DNA of 64,000 nt from a virus (Duplodnaviria; Caudoviricetes): IMG/VR virus record IMGVR_UViG_2838967384_000001, positions 1,017 to 65,016 of that record. The stretch is one strand, 5' to 3'. Shown here one piece after another: positions 7,711-17,279 of the stretch. A program made the position numbers and the translations under genes. The first letter of the stretch is position 1; every line of letters starts with the position of its first letter. The notes below the pieces were generated by a model. It was given only the letters and a program-made list of their open reading frames with translations, did not search any database and had not been told where the DNA came from.

Positions 7711-9108
7711 TTAAGCGGCGTACTTGACGCGGACGGCGTCGATGTGGCGCTGCATGGCGGCGCAGATGCGCGGGAAGTCGATCTCGTGGTACAGCTTCGC
7801 GGCCCTGTCGGTATCTGCCGGAGCGAAGCCGAGCGACAGCAGTCCATCGGCATTGATAGCCAGCGGCGCGATGCGCTCATTGATCTGGCCCAGGCGCAGC
7901 GTCGGCGGCGTGTACGTGGCATCGACCACATCGTCGGCCGGCGCCTGCTGGTCGGCGATGTCGGCCAGGTGGCCTTGATCTGCCAGCGCGGCTGCACGCC
8001 CGTCGTCGGCGACGTTTTCGGCGGCAGCGAGGGCGGTACGCTGCTCGACGGCGGCCACGACGTCCAGGCGCTCACGCTCGGCGCGCGCGGCAGCGGCCTG
8101 CTCGTTCGCCTGGCGCTCGGCGGCGGCAGCGGCTGCCTTCTGTTCGAGCTGGGCTTTGGTTTCGGCGGCCACGCGTGCCTGCTCAGCTGCCGCACGCTCG
8201 GCCTGGGCTGCGGCCTGCTGGGCGGCCAGTTCGGCGCGCTGGCGGTCGATCTCAGCCTGCTGATCAGCAAGGCGCTGTGCAGCGGCTGCGTTTTCAGCAG
8301 CCACACGGGCATTCTCTGCAGCCTCGTCGGCGCGGCGCTTGTCGGCGGTAGCCTGCTCAGCAGCAAGGCGCGCGGTTTCGGCGACGCGGGCAGCCTCCTC
8401 TTGGGCCGCGATCAATTCACGCTGCTGCGCGGCGTTGAACATTGCGACCAACTCAGGGCCGGCGGCGTCCAATGCGCCCCGAGCTTCATCGGTAAATTCT
8501 GCGAACTCTTCCTTGGTGATCGCACGGGCGGCCACTCGCTCCAGCAATGCACGCAACTCCTCGGCGGACTTGCCCTCCGCACGCGCTGGCAAGGTGCGGA
8601 TCGCTTCGATAGCGGTCTTGATCCCGCCGATGCGCTCAGCTTCGGCGCGCTCTTTCGCTGCCTTTACCTCGGCCTTGCGCTTTTCCTCGGCCTTGATGAC
8701 GGCGTCAAATTTCCCTTCGTACGGCGCCGCTTCCTCGATAATCTCTTTGAAAGTCGAGTCGATCAAGCGGCCGATTTGAAGGACGGGTGCCTTGCGTGCG
8801 GTCTTGGTTTTCTCGGCATCGAGGCGCACATCGTCGCGAAACCCAGCGCGCACCTTCACGGCGGTCGCCATGCCTTCGGTCGTGCTGATGTCGACGTAGC
8901 GGTGTGGAGCGTCGAACATACGGGTATCTTCGAAGTGGATGGTGTCGGCTTCGGCCTTCAGTGCCGCCAGCTTGCTACGGAACGGCGCGAATACCTGGGC
9001 CACGTATTCCTCTGGCTTGATAGTCAGCAGTGCGAGCGGGTTAAGTTCTGCGGGCGCGGCCGGCGCAAGGACTAATTCCGGCGCGAGCATATCGGTGGTC
9101 ATTTCCAT
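7711..9108 (-). CDS. Ala/Glu-rich coiled-coil phage protein
   Basis: Long heptad-like A/E/R-rich region in the recombination module. Confidence 0.7.
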   Translation of the reverse strand: MEMTTDMLAPELVLAPAAPAELNPLALLTIKPEEYVAQVFAPFRSKLAALKAEADTIHFEDTRMFDAPHRYVDISTTEGMATAVKVRAGFRDDVRLDAEKTKTARKAPVLQIGRLIDSTFKEIIEEAAPYEGKFDAVIKAEEKRKAEVKAAKERAEAERIGGIKTAIEAIRTLPARAEGKSAEELRALLERVAARAITKEEFAEFTDEARGALDAAGPELVAMFNAAQQRELIAAQEEAARVAETARLAAEQATADKRRADEAAENARVAAENAAAAQRLADQQAEIDRQRAELAAQQAAAQAERAAAEQARVAAETKAQLEQKAAAAAAERQANEQAAAARAERERLDVVAAVEQRTALAAAENVADDGRAAALADQGHLADIADQQAPADDVVDATYTPPTLRLGQINERIAPLAINADGLLSLGFAPADTDRAAKLYHEIDFPRICAAMQRHIDAVRVKYAA

Positions 9109-9123
9109 TTGTTGCTCCTAGTT

Positions 9124-9981
9124 TTATGCTGCGGTTTTGAGAAAAGCGGTGCGCCAGTCGGCGGCGGGGGTGGCGGTCGGTGCTGAGGCAGTTGCGGACG
9201 CTGGAACCAATGTGGGCGCTGGCCCGTCGCGCAGCAGCCGCATATTGGCGTTGACCATGACGTCGAACTTTGCCAAGCGCACCACCATGTCATCGATGAA
9301 CGCGTCGTCGCGCATCACGCGCTTGATGAACAAGTCCTTGTTGATCGCGGCCAGGTCTGGCGCGTACATCAGAAAATCGCACCACTTGCGACCGGTGATC
9401 CACATGCCGCCCTGCATTTGGTGCATGTATTCGGACACGTCGCCAGTGACCCACATCTCGATAATCTTGGCGCTGTCGATGGGCGCCTTCACTTCGATCA
9501 GCCCATCGTCGTCCACCAATCCATCAGAGCTGTAGCCAAAAATTTCGTCATCGGTCAGGCAGATACCGGCCTCAGTGACGAGCGCTTCCTTGCGCGCCTC
9601 GTAGTGCATGCGCGCCAACTCTTCCATCTTGTGCCCGCGCTCCAGCACCCATGCGCGCGCCGGCTCGCCAAACGGGCTGCCACTGATGCGCTCGATGGTC
9701 AGGTCTGCGGCGTAGCGCTTGGCGATGTCGGACGGCACGGCGGTGTCCTCACCCAGCAGCGCGCGCCGCACCAGATCTGACGAGGGCAAGACTTTGTATC
9801 CAGCCTCGTTTGCGGCGTCGGGCTTCTCCATGCCGCCGCGCACCAGCGCGACGTATTTAGCCTGGCGCTCGTCCAGCCCGCCGACGGTGCTGATCGCATC
9901 TGCGAAGCGGGAGGCGGTGATCTTGCCGCAGCGGGAGGCGTGCCATTCCGGCGTTCCTTGTGCGCAAGTTACGAATTTCAT
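9124..9981 (-). CDS. YqaJ/lambda-exonuclease family protein
   Basis: QGTPEWHASRCGKITAS, ERGHKME, SSDGLV, IEVKAP, QMQGGMW. Confidence 0.9.
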   Translation of the reverse strand: MKFVTCAQGTPEWHASRCGKITASRFADAISTVGGLDERQAKYVALVRGGMEKPDAANEAGYKVLPSSDLVRRALLGEDTAVPSDIAKRYAADLTIERISGSPFGEPARAWVLERGHKMEELARMHYEARKEALVTEAGICLTDDEIFGYSSDGLVDDDGLIEVKAPIDSAKIIEMWVTGDVSEYMHQMQGGMWITGRKWCDFLMYAPDLAAINKDLFIKRVMRDDAFIDDMVVRLAKFDVMVNANMRLLRDGPAPTLVPASATASAPTATPAADWRTAFLKTAA

Positions 9982-10961
9982 TGCGCGCTCCGCGCCAGGT
10001 CGGCGGCCAGCGCCTCGTCGTCGGTCATCGTGGCGCCGACAGGCTCCATCTCGACGGTCTGAGCCTCGGCGGCGCGCTTGGCAAGATCCGCCAGCTTTGT
10101 CCCGTGCGCGATCATCACGTCCTTGAGGCGCTTGTGATCGGCCGGCTGGCCGGCGAGCGAGGAGTTGTTCGCCTGCCAGTACGCCTTTGCGTCGGCGGCC
10201 GTCGTGGTGCGCAGCACTTCCGCAATCATCGGCGCGACGTCGACCCAGTTATCCGGGCGGTCTGGCGCGAAGCCTTCGCCAGTCGTGTTCAAGTGCGTCA
10301 TGGCGGCGTCGAGGCGCTCGGTCTTCGGCCACAGTTTGTAGGCCCGCTTGATGACCGTCTTCTTGACCATTTCGCCCTCGTCGCTGGCCCATGGTGTGCT
10401 TTTGATCTTCTTGGCGCAGAATGCCTTCCAGCCCTCGGACCGGTCACGGATGCTGCAAACCTCATCCATGTCCATCATCGTGGTCAGGAAATCGCCGTTG
10501 TGCAGCTTGGCGACAACGTAGACGCCGATGATCAGGCCACGGTTCTTGCCGAATGGTTCGAACTCGTGAACCGGCTGCTTGTCCATGCCGACGCGCTTAA
10601 ACAGGTCATGTTCGCGCACGAGCTCGGCCTGGCCCCACAAGATTGACCCCGACGCCACAGCCAGGTCCAGCAGGCCGATGTAGCTGATGTCCAGGCAGAT
10701 TTGTCCGTCGCGCGGCACGAGGTATGCCTGCTTGCGCGCCGGGTTCAGGCTGATGCCGATCGCCGCCATGTTGGTCACGGCGTTGATTACCGACGCCTTG
10801 TTCTTCATGGCGACGCCGAGCGTATAGTCGTTTTTTTGCAGTTGCTGGATGGCGAAGCCGGACTCGCGCTCAAAACTCAGGCTGCGGTCTCCAAGTACGC
10901 GGGAGAAATCCTCGCGGGCTTCTTGGATTGCGCCGGTGACAATGGCTATGGCGTTGCTCAT
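9978..10961 (-). CDS. recT: RecT-family single-strand annealing protein
   Basis: GISLNPARKQAYLVP, ISYIGLLDLA, PWASDEGEMVKKTVIKRAYKLWP. Confidence 0.9.
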   Translation of the reverse strand: MSNAIAIVTGAIQEAREDFSRVLGDRSLSFERESGFAIQQLQKNDYTLGVAMKNKASVINAVTNMAAIGISLNPARKQAYLVPRDGQICLDISYIGLLDLAVASGSILWGQAELVREHDLFKRVGMDKQPVHEFEPFGKNRGLIIGVYVVAKLHNGDFLTTMMDMDEVCSIRDRSEGWKAFCAKKIKSTPWASDEGEMVKKTVIKRAYKLWPKTERLDAAMTHLNTTGEGFAPDRPDNWVDVAPMIAEVLRTTTAADAKAYWQANNSSLAGQPADHKRLKDVMIAHGTKLADLAKRAAEAQTVEMEPVGATMTDDEALAADLARSAQ

Positions 10962-11191
10962 TTGATTCTCCGTTGGAACTTCGTTATTTCTGCGTCAAGC
11001 AGGGCAAGTCGTAAAGCGTGTTGCGGGCGGTGGCCGGCGCGCAGGTTGCGCAGGGCGGCGCCGGCCAGGTGGGCGAGAGCAGCTGTCACGGCGGCACCTG
11101 CGCATCTCGGCAGGCGCTCTCGGCGTCTGCGTGTGCCATGTAGGCGTAGCTGGCGCCGACGAAGAGCAGCATTGCGGCGATGGTCAACCAT

Positions 11192-11461
11192 TCACGAAAT
11201 CGCATGCTCATCTCCTCTTTCTGCGCGCAGCGCCATCAGCCGGTCGCGCTTGCGCTGAATGGCGGCTTCGATCTCGACACGGCGCTCGCCGGATCGCAGG
11301 CCCAGGCCTTCGAGGGCGATTTCGAAGATGCGCAGCTCGTGGCGACTCATGCGGTCGTTTTCGTAGAACAGGCTGACGACGCGCCAGAGCGCTTTCTCGG
11401 CCGGCGTCGGCTTTTCGGCCTCCAGTAGCATCGCCATCAGGTTGCGTTCGATGGCGCTCAT
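11192..11461 (-). CDS. Hypothetical phage protein
   Basis: ORF translationally coupled within the early-left operon. Confidence 0.5.
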   Translation of the reverse strand: MSAIERNLMAMLLEAEKPTPAEKALWRVVSLFYENDRMSRHELRIFEIALEGLGLRSGERRVEIEAAIQRKRDRLMALRAERGDEHAIS

Positions 11462-11997
11462 GGCATCTCCACAGGCGGAATTGCGAGGTCGACCAGCCAC
11501 TGCGCCAGCAGCACCAGCAGGATCACGGCGGCCAGCATCAGGCGAGGGTGGCGGCTAGTCCAGTCGCCCGGCACGCCGAAGAGCAGGCGGCTCACAGCCC
11601 GCTCCTTGCAACGCCTTGACGGTCTGCGCCGCACGCGCATTTGTAGATGCCGCGCCGGCTAAGCTTGCGCGTCGATCCCTTGTGCGTGATGGTCGCGGTC
11701 ATGTTGGTGACGTCCTTGACCCATTCCCATTTATGCTTTGGTGCAAGGGTGCATTTCGGTGCGGTCTTCATGCTGGAACTCCTTCACGGCTGGCCAGCTT
11801 CGGCGCCGGCGCGTTGCGGTTCGTGCGCTCGATCTCGCGCAGGGCGTAGGTGCTGCCGGTGGCGATGCGGTCGCTGGCGTCCAGGTTGCCGCTGGTGATC
11901 GCGCCCAGCAGGCCGCTATCCTGGTATTCGTAGTCCATCGCGGCGAAGACGGCAAGACGCGAGTCGCGGCCGGCGGTCATGTGGTTGGCGGCGGCGC

Positions 11998-12531
11998 TCA
12001 TTGGGTGCCACCTTTCTTGAACATCCACGACTCGACCTTGAAGGTGGGCACGACCTCGCCGTTCACGAACGGCTCAAGGATGATCGACGTGTCACGTACT
12101 TCTGGACCTTCGAAGAAAAGCACCGACGTGTCGCGGCCGAAGAAGATCGAATGCACGTCATCGGCCTTCATGGAGTATTCCTTGCCTTCTTCGAACTCGT
12201 CGAAGCTGCGTTCCCAGCGCGAGACTGTGCCTAGCGTCTTCTGGTATTTGCCCATGTCGGAACACTTCAGCGTCGATACCTGGAACTCGTCGCCCAGATC
12301 GCCCGGCGTCCAGATCACGTTGCGTACGCATCCGGCCAGTACGATGCAATGGAAGTCGAAGCGGTGCGAGTGCGGCACGATAGGTTCTTCGTGGGTGCGG
12401 CTCGACTCCATCAAGCGGACCAGGCCTTTCGGGCCTGGCGTGCCGATCAACCAGCTGGTCACGCCAGGGATGCCGCCGTAGTTGCTGACCGGCGAGTGCT
12501 TCATCGCGGGCAAGAATTTCAAGATGTCCAT
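11998..12531 (-). CDS. Cupin-like protein
   Basis: PHSHRFDFHCIVLAG and YSMKADDVHSI metal-binding cupin pattern; AGGAG RBS. Confidence 0.6.
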   Translation of the reverse strand: MDILKFLPAMKHSPVSNYGGIPGVTSWLIGTPGPKGLVRLMESSRTHEEPIVPHSHRFDFHCIVLAGCVRNVIWTPGDLGDEFQVSTLKCSDMGKYQKTLGTVSRWERSFDEFEEGKEYSMKADDVHSIFFGRDTSVLFFEGPEVRDTSIILEPFVNGEVVPTFKVESWMFKKGGTQ

Positions 12532-12568
12532 CTGCGCTCCTGGTTGACTTCGTTGTTAGTTTTTTGAA

Positions 12569-12789
12569 GTGGTGCAATACATCGGTTCCGACGGCTTCCC
12601 ACGGTTTCGCGGCCTCCCTGATCCATCAGCCGGATTACGGTTGCACCACAGAGCAAGGGGCTGGGCGCTACTCCAGCTATCGATTGGCCATGTCGCGGTT
12701 GCGCGACCCGAAACCGAATACCTGCGCCGCGAATAACTCCCAACGCGGCGGGGGAATTTCTGCTTTCAATTCCGCCCTTGCTCTGTGGT
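12569..12789 (-). ncRNA. Candidate multi-stem non-coding RNA in the pL transcript
   Basis: 15-bp perfect inverted repeat 12645-12659/12775-12789 enclosing four hairpins; second 9-bp IR 12569-12577/12641-12649. Confidence 0.5.
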
Positions 12790-12822
12790 TCCTGCGCTCG
12801 CCTGGCGCAGGTCAGGCCCTGC

Positions 12823-13164
12823 TCACGCCGTCGCGGCGCGATCCCACGCCGCCCGCTCGGCGCGACCTTCTTTGCCGCTTGCCGCCCGCGCCTCGATGCC
12901 GACTTTGTCCACCGCCCAGCCCATCACCGACAGCTGCGCCAGCGTCAGCAGTGGTGCGATATCGACCTGAGTGCCGGACAGCGCCACGGCGACAACCTCG
13001 CAGCCGTCGTCCTCGTCGGCATGGCCGTAGAGGTCCAGGTGCAGGCCCTTAAACTGGTGGCCGGCCAGCAGCAGCGCCAGGCCGGCGGCGACCTGCGGCT
13101 GTTCGGCCACCGGTGCCGCGGCAGCGCTCAGCTGGAGCAGGGCAACGTTGAGCGGGGCGTTCAT
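12823..13164 (-). CDS. Hypothetical phage protein
   Basis: ORF from ATG 13164 in the early-left operon. Confidence 0.5.
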   Translation of the reverse strand: MNAPLNVALLQLSAAAAPVAEQPQVAAGLALLLAGHQFKGLHLDLYGHADEDDGCEVVAVALSGTQVDIAPLLTLAQLSVMGWAVDKVGIEARAASGKEGRAERAAWDRAATA

Positions 13165-13333
13165 GCCGCCACCGCGACGTTGTTCGGCAGCAGGTTCCAT
13201 CCCAGCTGGCGGCGGATGTCGGCTGGTGCCGGTGGCGGCAGACGCGACAGCGTGCGCTGTTGCAGCCACAGGCGGGTCTGCGCTTTGCTCGGGTGCGTGG
13301 TGGTGGTCATGTCTGCTGGCTCCGGATCAGTTT

Positions 13334-13354
13334 TAAATTACTGAATTACTGAAT
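13334..13354 (-). promoter_or_regulatory. IMH-like element after VR2
   Basis: Identical 21-mer to the one after VR1, 5 nt after the end of TR homology. Confidence 0.75.
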
Positions 13355-13978
13355 TGGAAATCTGCGGATGGCGCGGGCGGCGCCGGCATACGACTCGTGG
13401 TCGTTGAGCTGGAGGCCATTGTCGAAGAGCTGGAGCCAAGCGTAAGTCGGGTAGTCGGCATGCTGCGTGCTCGACCAGTACCATTCGTCTTCATCGAAGG
13501 CGTCAGCGCCGCCGGCGCGGAAATTCTCGACCGTGGTCTGCACTGGCGATTCATCGGTGTAGGCCGTGCCCACCGGCAGGCTGCTGGGGTTCACGCCATC
13601 GATGCCGTCGGCGTAGTTCTCGTAGTCGCTCGGCTTCAGGTGGCGGTATTGCAGTTCCTGCTGGTCGCGTGCCGGGATCGACCAGTCGCTGAGGCCGTTG
13701 ATGGTCAGCGCCAGGGCGGCCAGGGCCAGTTCGCTGCCGGCGGCAGCCATGGCCTGCGTGTTCGACAGGCCGTCCGTGCGGCTCATGGCGCCGGCAACCA
13801 GGTCCAGCGACTCGTTCCACTTGCCGCGCAGCTCACCGGCGGCGCCGGCCGTGACGTTCGCGAACATCTGGCCGTTCTCGATCGTGATGCCGGTGAAGTA
13901 GCCGCCTTCCAACGGCGCGCCGATGGCGGGGAGGGCGGAAGCTGCGAAGACTGGTGCTGCGGCGAGTGCTTGGTTCAT
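13346..13978 (-). CDS. DGR target 2, DUF1566/CLec-like protein
   Basis: IGAPLEGGYFTG, DGLSNTQAM, DWSIPARDQQEL, WYWSSTQ, ARAIRR; 3' end is VR2. Confidence 0.92.
   Translation of the reverse strand: MNQALAAAPVFAASALPAIGAPLEGGYFTGITIENGQMFANVTAGAAGELRGKWNESLDLVAGAMSRTDGLSNTQAMAAAGSELALAALALTINGLSDWSIPARDQQELQYRHLKPSDYENYADGIDGVNPSSLPVGTAYTDESPVQTTVENFRAGGADAFDEDEWYWSSTQHADYPTYAWLQLFDNGLQLNDHESYAGAARAIRRFPIQ
13360..13468 (-). repeat. DGR variable repeat VR2
   Basis: 109 bp colinear with TR 5165-5273; 11 mismatches, all at TR adenines. Confidence 0.97.
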
Positions 13979-14271
13979 GAACGGCTCCTGTGGGTTGTGG
14001 GGGTGCTTCAGTGGCGAAGCCCGCTCGTGGCGGGCAGTGGATCAGTCTTGCGGCGGGATTCGTGACGCCTTCCAGATTTCGTAGCCGATGAACAGGAAGC
14101 CGGCGAGGTACATGGCGGCGATGGCGTGGTACATGGCATCAGCCCAGCGAAGCCGGAACGGCCACGGTCGAGAAGTCGAAGGCTGGTGCTGGACCGGCTA
14201 CTGCTGCGAGTGCTGCGAGTTCTGCTGGGTTCATCGTGTTCTCCGTCGTGGTTGGTGTTTCGATGGAATGA

Positions 14272-14312
14272 ATTATCACATACGTGTTTTGAAAAGTAAA
14301 CACAATTGTGAT
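14272..14312 (-). promoter_or_regulatory. pL promoter with two repressor operators (14275-14288, 14299-14312)
   Basis: Minus strand TTTACT-17-GATAAT; ATCAC-N4-GTGTT and AACAC-N4-GTGAT, 24 bp apart. Confidence 0.75.
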
Positions 14313-14333
14313 TAAGTTTGGTAAAATAATTTC

Positions 14334-14705
14334 GTCGCGTAATTTTTGCGACCGCCCATCGGGAAGATCAGAAACCGGCGATGGGGGATAGGCGGAACGG
14401 CTACCTGGGAAAACTGGGGGGGCGAGGGGGAGGTCCGCACGCGGTGGCGAAGAGAGAGCCGCGTACCCGAAAGTCTGTCGGATGGTGCCTCGCACGTGCG
14501 TTCGCGTATGTGAGTCGAGCTAACGCCTGAAGGATTCAGTGGCTACGCGTACGTGCTCGCGCTATTAGCTCCGCTAGGGGCTAAAGGGGCAAGATCAAAA
14601 GTTTCAAAAAACGAATGGGATAAGGTACAGGAGCACGCGGGAGCGTGCGACAAGCGAGCGGGAGCGAGCGCCCGAGCTTCAGCTCGGAACCGAGCGGAGC
14701 GAGGC
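14334..14705 (+). ncRNA. Candidate structured RNA / replication-origin-like element
   Basis: Downstream of TGgTAAAAT extended -10 (14319-14327); many stems with G-U pairs and a UUCG loop; G7-CGA-G5 tract; terminal hairpin cluster. Confidence 0.5.
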
Positions 14706-14920
14706 TACAGGAGAAGTTCTTTTCTATAGGAAACTGTACGTATACAAGCGGCTCATGATTTATCTAATGCGCGCGCCAGGACTTCTAATTCAGCATCCTT
14801 CCCACGGTTGGGATCTTGTATTTTCTTCCATCGCGCTTGTATATATTTCCAATATCAATCCCGCCAAACCCCTGCTAAGCTTGGCGGTTCTGTCGAAATC
14901 GACTCAACCACCAGGAGCAG

Positions 14921-15634
14921 ATGATGAACGACCGGGTATCCGAAGAGTTGCTGGCAGCAGCTGCGAGCAAGAACACAAACGAGCTGCTGGCACGCGCACG
15001 CGGTGGCGCCATCATCAAGGCCGAGTACGAAGGGCAGGGCTATTCTTTCCGCGCTGACGGCTGGTTCAATGCTACCGAAGCGGCGAAGCGTTACGGTAAA
15101 GAGCCATCGGATTGGATATCCCAAAAGGAGACTCAAATCTATATCCAGGCGCTGGATCGTACATACCGGCTTGGACGGTATGTAGAAACAAGCCGTGCTC
15201 GTGCGGATCGTGGTGGCGGCACCTGGCTGCACCCGAAGCTCGCTGTAAAGTTCGCCCGCTGGCTCGACGTGGACTTCGAAATTTGGTGCGACATGCAGAT
15301 CGACAAGATCCTGCGCGGCGAGCAGTTGGGCGATGACTTGGCGGGCGAGCTGAGTACCGTCGCGGAGCGCTTGCCGCTATACCTGGCTGCTGCGCACGCG
15401 CTCAAGCGCTACAAGCTGTCGTTCCCGGTTACCTATCGTGCACTGAATGCCGCAGCGGGGTCGACGTGCTTCCGCGAGATGACTAAGGTGCAGGCCGGCC
15501 GTGTCATCCCAGTCGCAGTGCGCATCGCCGATGGCGTCGACACGCAGTCCGACTGGCAGCTCTTGCATGCCGGCAGCAAAGCGCCCGACAGCGCCGGACA
15601 GTTGGAGCTTGGCCTGACCGACAAAGTTACCTGA
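14921..15634 (+). CDS. KilA-N domain protein
   Basis: DGWFNATEAAKRYGKEPSDW...GGTWLHPKLAVKFARWL...FEIWCD. Confidence 0.9.
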   Translation: MMNDRVSEELLAAAASKNTNELLARARGGAIIKAEYEGQGYSFRADGWFNATEAAKRYGKEPSDWISQKETQIYIQALDRTYRLGRYVETSRARADRGGGTWLHPKLAVKFARWLDVDFEIWCDMQIDKILRGEQLGDDLAGELSTVAERLPLYLAAAHALKRYKLSFPVTYRALNAAAGSTCFREMTKVQAGRVIPVAVRIADGVDTQSDWQLLHAGSKAPDSAGQLELGLTDKVT

Positions 15635-15677
15635 GCGGTCAGCCCCAAGCCGGCCCGCGCATCGGATGGTGCGCGGG

Positions 15678-16061
15678 CTATTTCTTACTGTTTGCGGCTG
15701 CTGCCTTCGGCGCACTGCAGCGCTGTTTGATCACTTCCAGATCGGTCCCAGCCGCGACCAGTATGCGCTCCATGCGCAAAGCCTGGCCTGCGCATGCCTT
15801 TGACAATTCGCGCAGAGAATCCCCTTTGGCATACGCCTCGTCGACCTCCGCGTTGGAGCCGTAGCCACTGAGCCTGGAACCGTAGATAGTCGAATCATCG
15901 GCGTCTTTTATGTAGGCCTTGGCCTGTGACCGAGCCGCGCACAGCTCGGTCATCAAGTCGTCAGGCTTCATTTCTTTCATTTCTTGGTAGTCCAGCGGCA
16001 CGCAGCCGGCAGAAGCAGTTCCAGCGATGAGGGCAAGAGTGAGGAGGGCAGTGCGTCGCAT
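15678..16061 (-). CDS. Exported protein / possible lipoprotein in the immunity region
   Basis: MRRTALLTLALIAGTASAGC signal peptide with lipobox-like SAGC. Confidence 0.55.
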   Translation of the reverse strand: MRRTALLTLALIAGTASAGCVPLDYQEMKEMKPDDLMTELCAARSQAKAYIKDADDSTIYGSRLSGYGSNAEVDEAYAKGDSLRELSKACAGQALRMERILVAAGTDLEVIKQRCSAPKAAAANSKK

Positions 16062-16141
16062 AATTTTCCAATGTGTGGCAGAGATGTGTTGGTTCGTCTC
16101 GCGAGTATATGAAATATTGATAAATGGAATCTATTGAATTG

Positions 16142-16834
16142 TCACGATCGATTCACCATGTCCAACAACGGCTCATCGCGGCCTTCGGTGATCTCGGCGC
16201 ACCTGGCGCGCAGCTTACGCAATACGGCCGGACCGATGCCTTTGAACGCGAGCAGCTGCTCGTCGCTGGCTTGATCGATTCGCGCGGGCGTGTCAAGAGC
16301 CACATCCCACATCGCCAAAGCCGCATAATGGGGTAGGGTAGGCACGGTTGCCAAGAAGGCGGGGAAATAGTGTTCGCAGATTTCATCGACATAGTGTCCA
16401 CTTAGCCCGCTGTATTTTGCCCATTTCGGCCGAGTGACTTCCGCACGCAATAAGCGGAGTCGCTCCCTGGCTGGAAGTCTCAACTCCACTACCTTGCGTA
16501 GAGCGATGAGAAATTCCGGATAGATCAGGTCATAGCCATTTCGAATTGCCATCTCGAACGTCTGCCACCCAGGGCCTGGATCATCCATGTCGATGCCCAT
16601 TTCACGCAGCGTCTTGAGCTTAGCCGACCAGTGTCCTTGATGTGAATTATCTGTAAATTGCGGTGGGCAATAATTCAGGTCGTAGTGGCGGTACCCATGC
16701 CACTGCAATACCGCCAGTGGGGTATCGAAGTGCAATGCAGCACGGAACTCAACGCCGTTGCATATGTCTGAATTGAGCCGCATTCCCTCAGCGCCGCCAG
16801 GCGAAATCTTGCTCCAGTATCTCCAAACCTTCAC
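16142..16834 (-). CDS. Protein with C-terminal helix-hairpin-helix motif
   Basis: ASDEQLLAFKGIGPAVLRKLR; start uncertain. Confidence 0.6.
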   Translation of the reverse strand: MKVWRYWSKISPGGAEGMRLNSDICNGVEFRAALHFDTPLAVLQWHGYRHYDLNYCPPQFTDNSHQGHWSAKLKTLREMGIDMDDPGPGWQTFEMAIRNGYDLIYPEFLIALRKVVELRLPARERLRLLRAEVTRPKWAKYSGLSGHYVDEICEHYFPAFLATVPTLPHYAALAMWDVALDTPARIDQASDEQLLAFKGIGPAVLRKLRARCAEITEGRDEPLLDMVNRS

Positions 16835-16852
16835 TCAACCCTCCGCGCACTG

Positions 16853-17095
16853 CTACTTGCTGGCCAGGTCGTGCATCTCCTTGACCAATGCTTTCGTTTC
16901 CGCACTGTCGCGCGCTAAAACGCGCAGTAAGTCGTAGATCGGGGCTGCCTGGAGCCGGTCGATGATCTCTGCGTTGAGCGTGCGGCCGTTGTACTCGGCG
17001 ATCTCCATCAGCTTCGTATGCAGCTCACGTGGTATGCGGAGCGAAGTTTTGATGTAGTCGTCTTGCGTCGGCTTCTTGATGGGCGATTTGTTCAT
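16853..17095 (-). CDS. Arc-family ribbon-helix-helix DNA-binding protein
   Basis: KTSLRIPRELHTKLMEIAEYNGRTLNAEIIDRL. Confidence 0.88.
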   Translation of the reverse strand: MNKSPIKKPTQDDYIKTSLRIPRELHTKLMEIAEYNGRTLNAEIIDRLQAAPIYDLLRVLARDSAETKALVKEMHDLASK

Positions 17096-17279
17096 CGCCC
17101 AATTGTTTCCGACTAGCCAAGTTTTAGGCTAATAACTCCTTCATAATGAAGGCCATTTGTGAGAATCTGTTACTTTTCATTTTACAAGTAGCGGTTAAAA
17201 ACCCTTCTACTTTTGATATGCAAGCAAGGCAAACCTGTAATATAGTTAATACACTGTAAACAAACGATATCAGGATTGT

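Noticed and set aside
6958-9075. 705-aa plus-strand ORF
   Set aside because: Antisense shadow of real minus-strand genes in high-GC DNA.
12595-12635. Hammerhead ribozyme (CTGATGG...GAAA on the minus strand)
   Set aside because: Core deviates from CUGANGA and stems I-III cannot be formed convincingly.
13327-13344. TCAGT/ACTGA hairpin after VR2 as the DGR target hairpin
   Set aside because: Only 5 bp and not present after VR1 or VR3.
13333-13554. 73-aa ORF resembling the RT N-terminus
   Set aside because: Alternative frame of VR2, similar only because the RT frame overlaps the TR; not a second RT.
14733-14750. LexA box-like CTGTACGTATACAAG (and CTGTAAACAAACGATA near 17254)
   Set aside because: Neither fits CTGT-N8-ACAG spacing; SOS control cannot be claimed.
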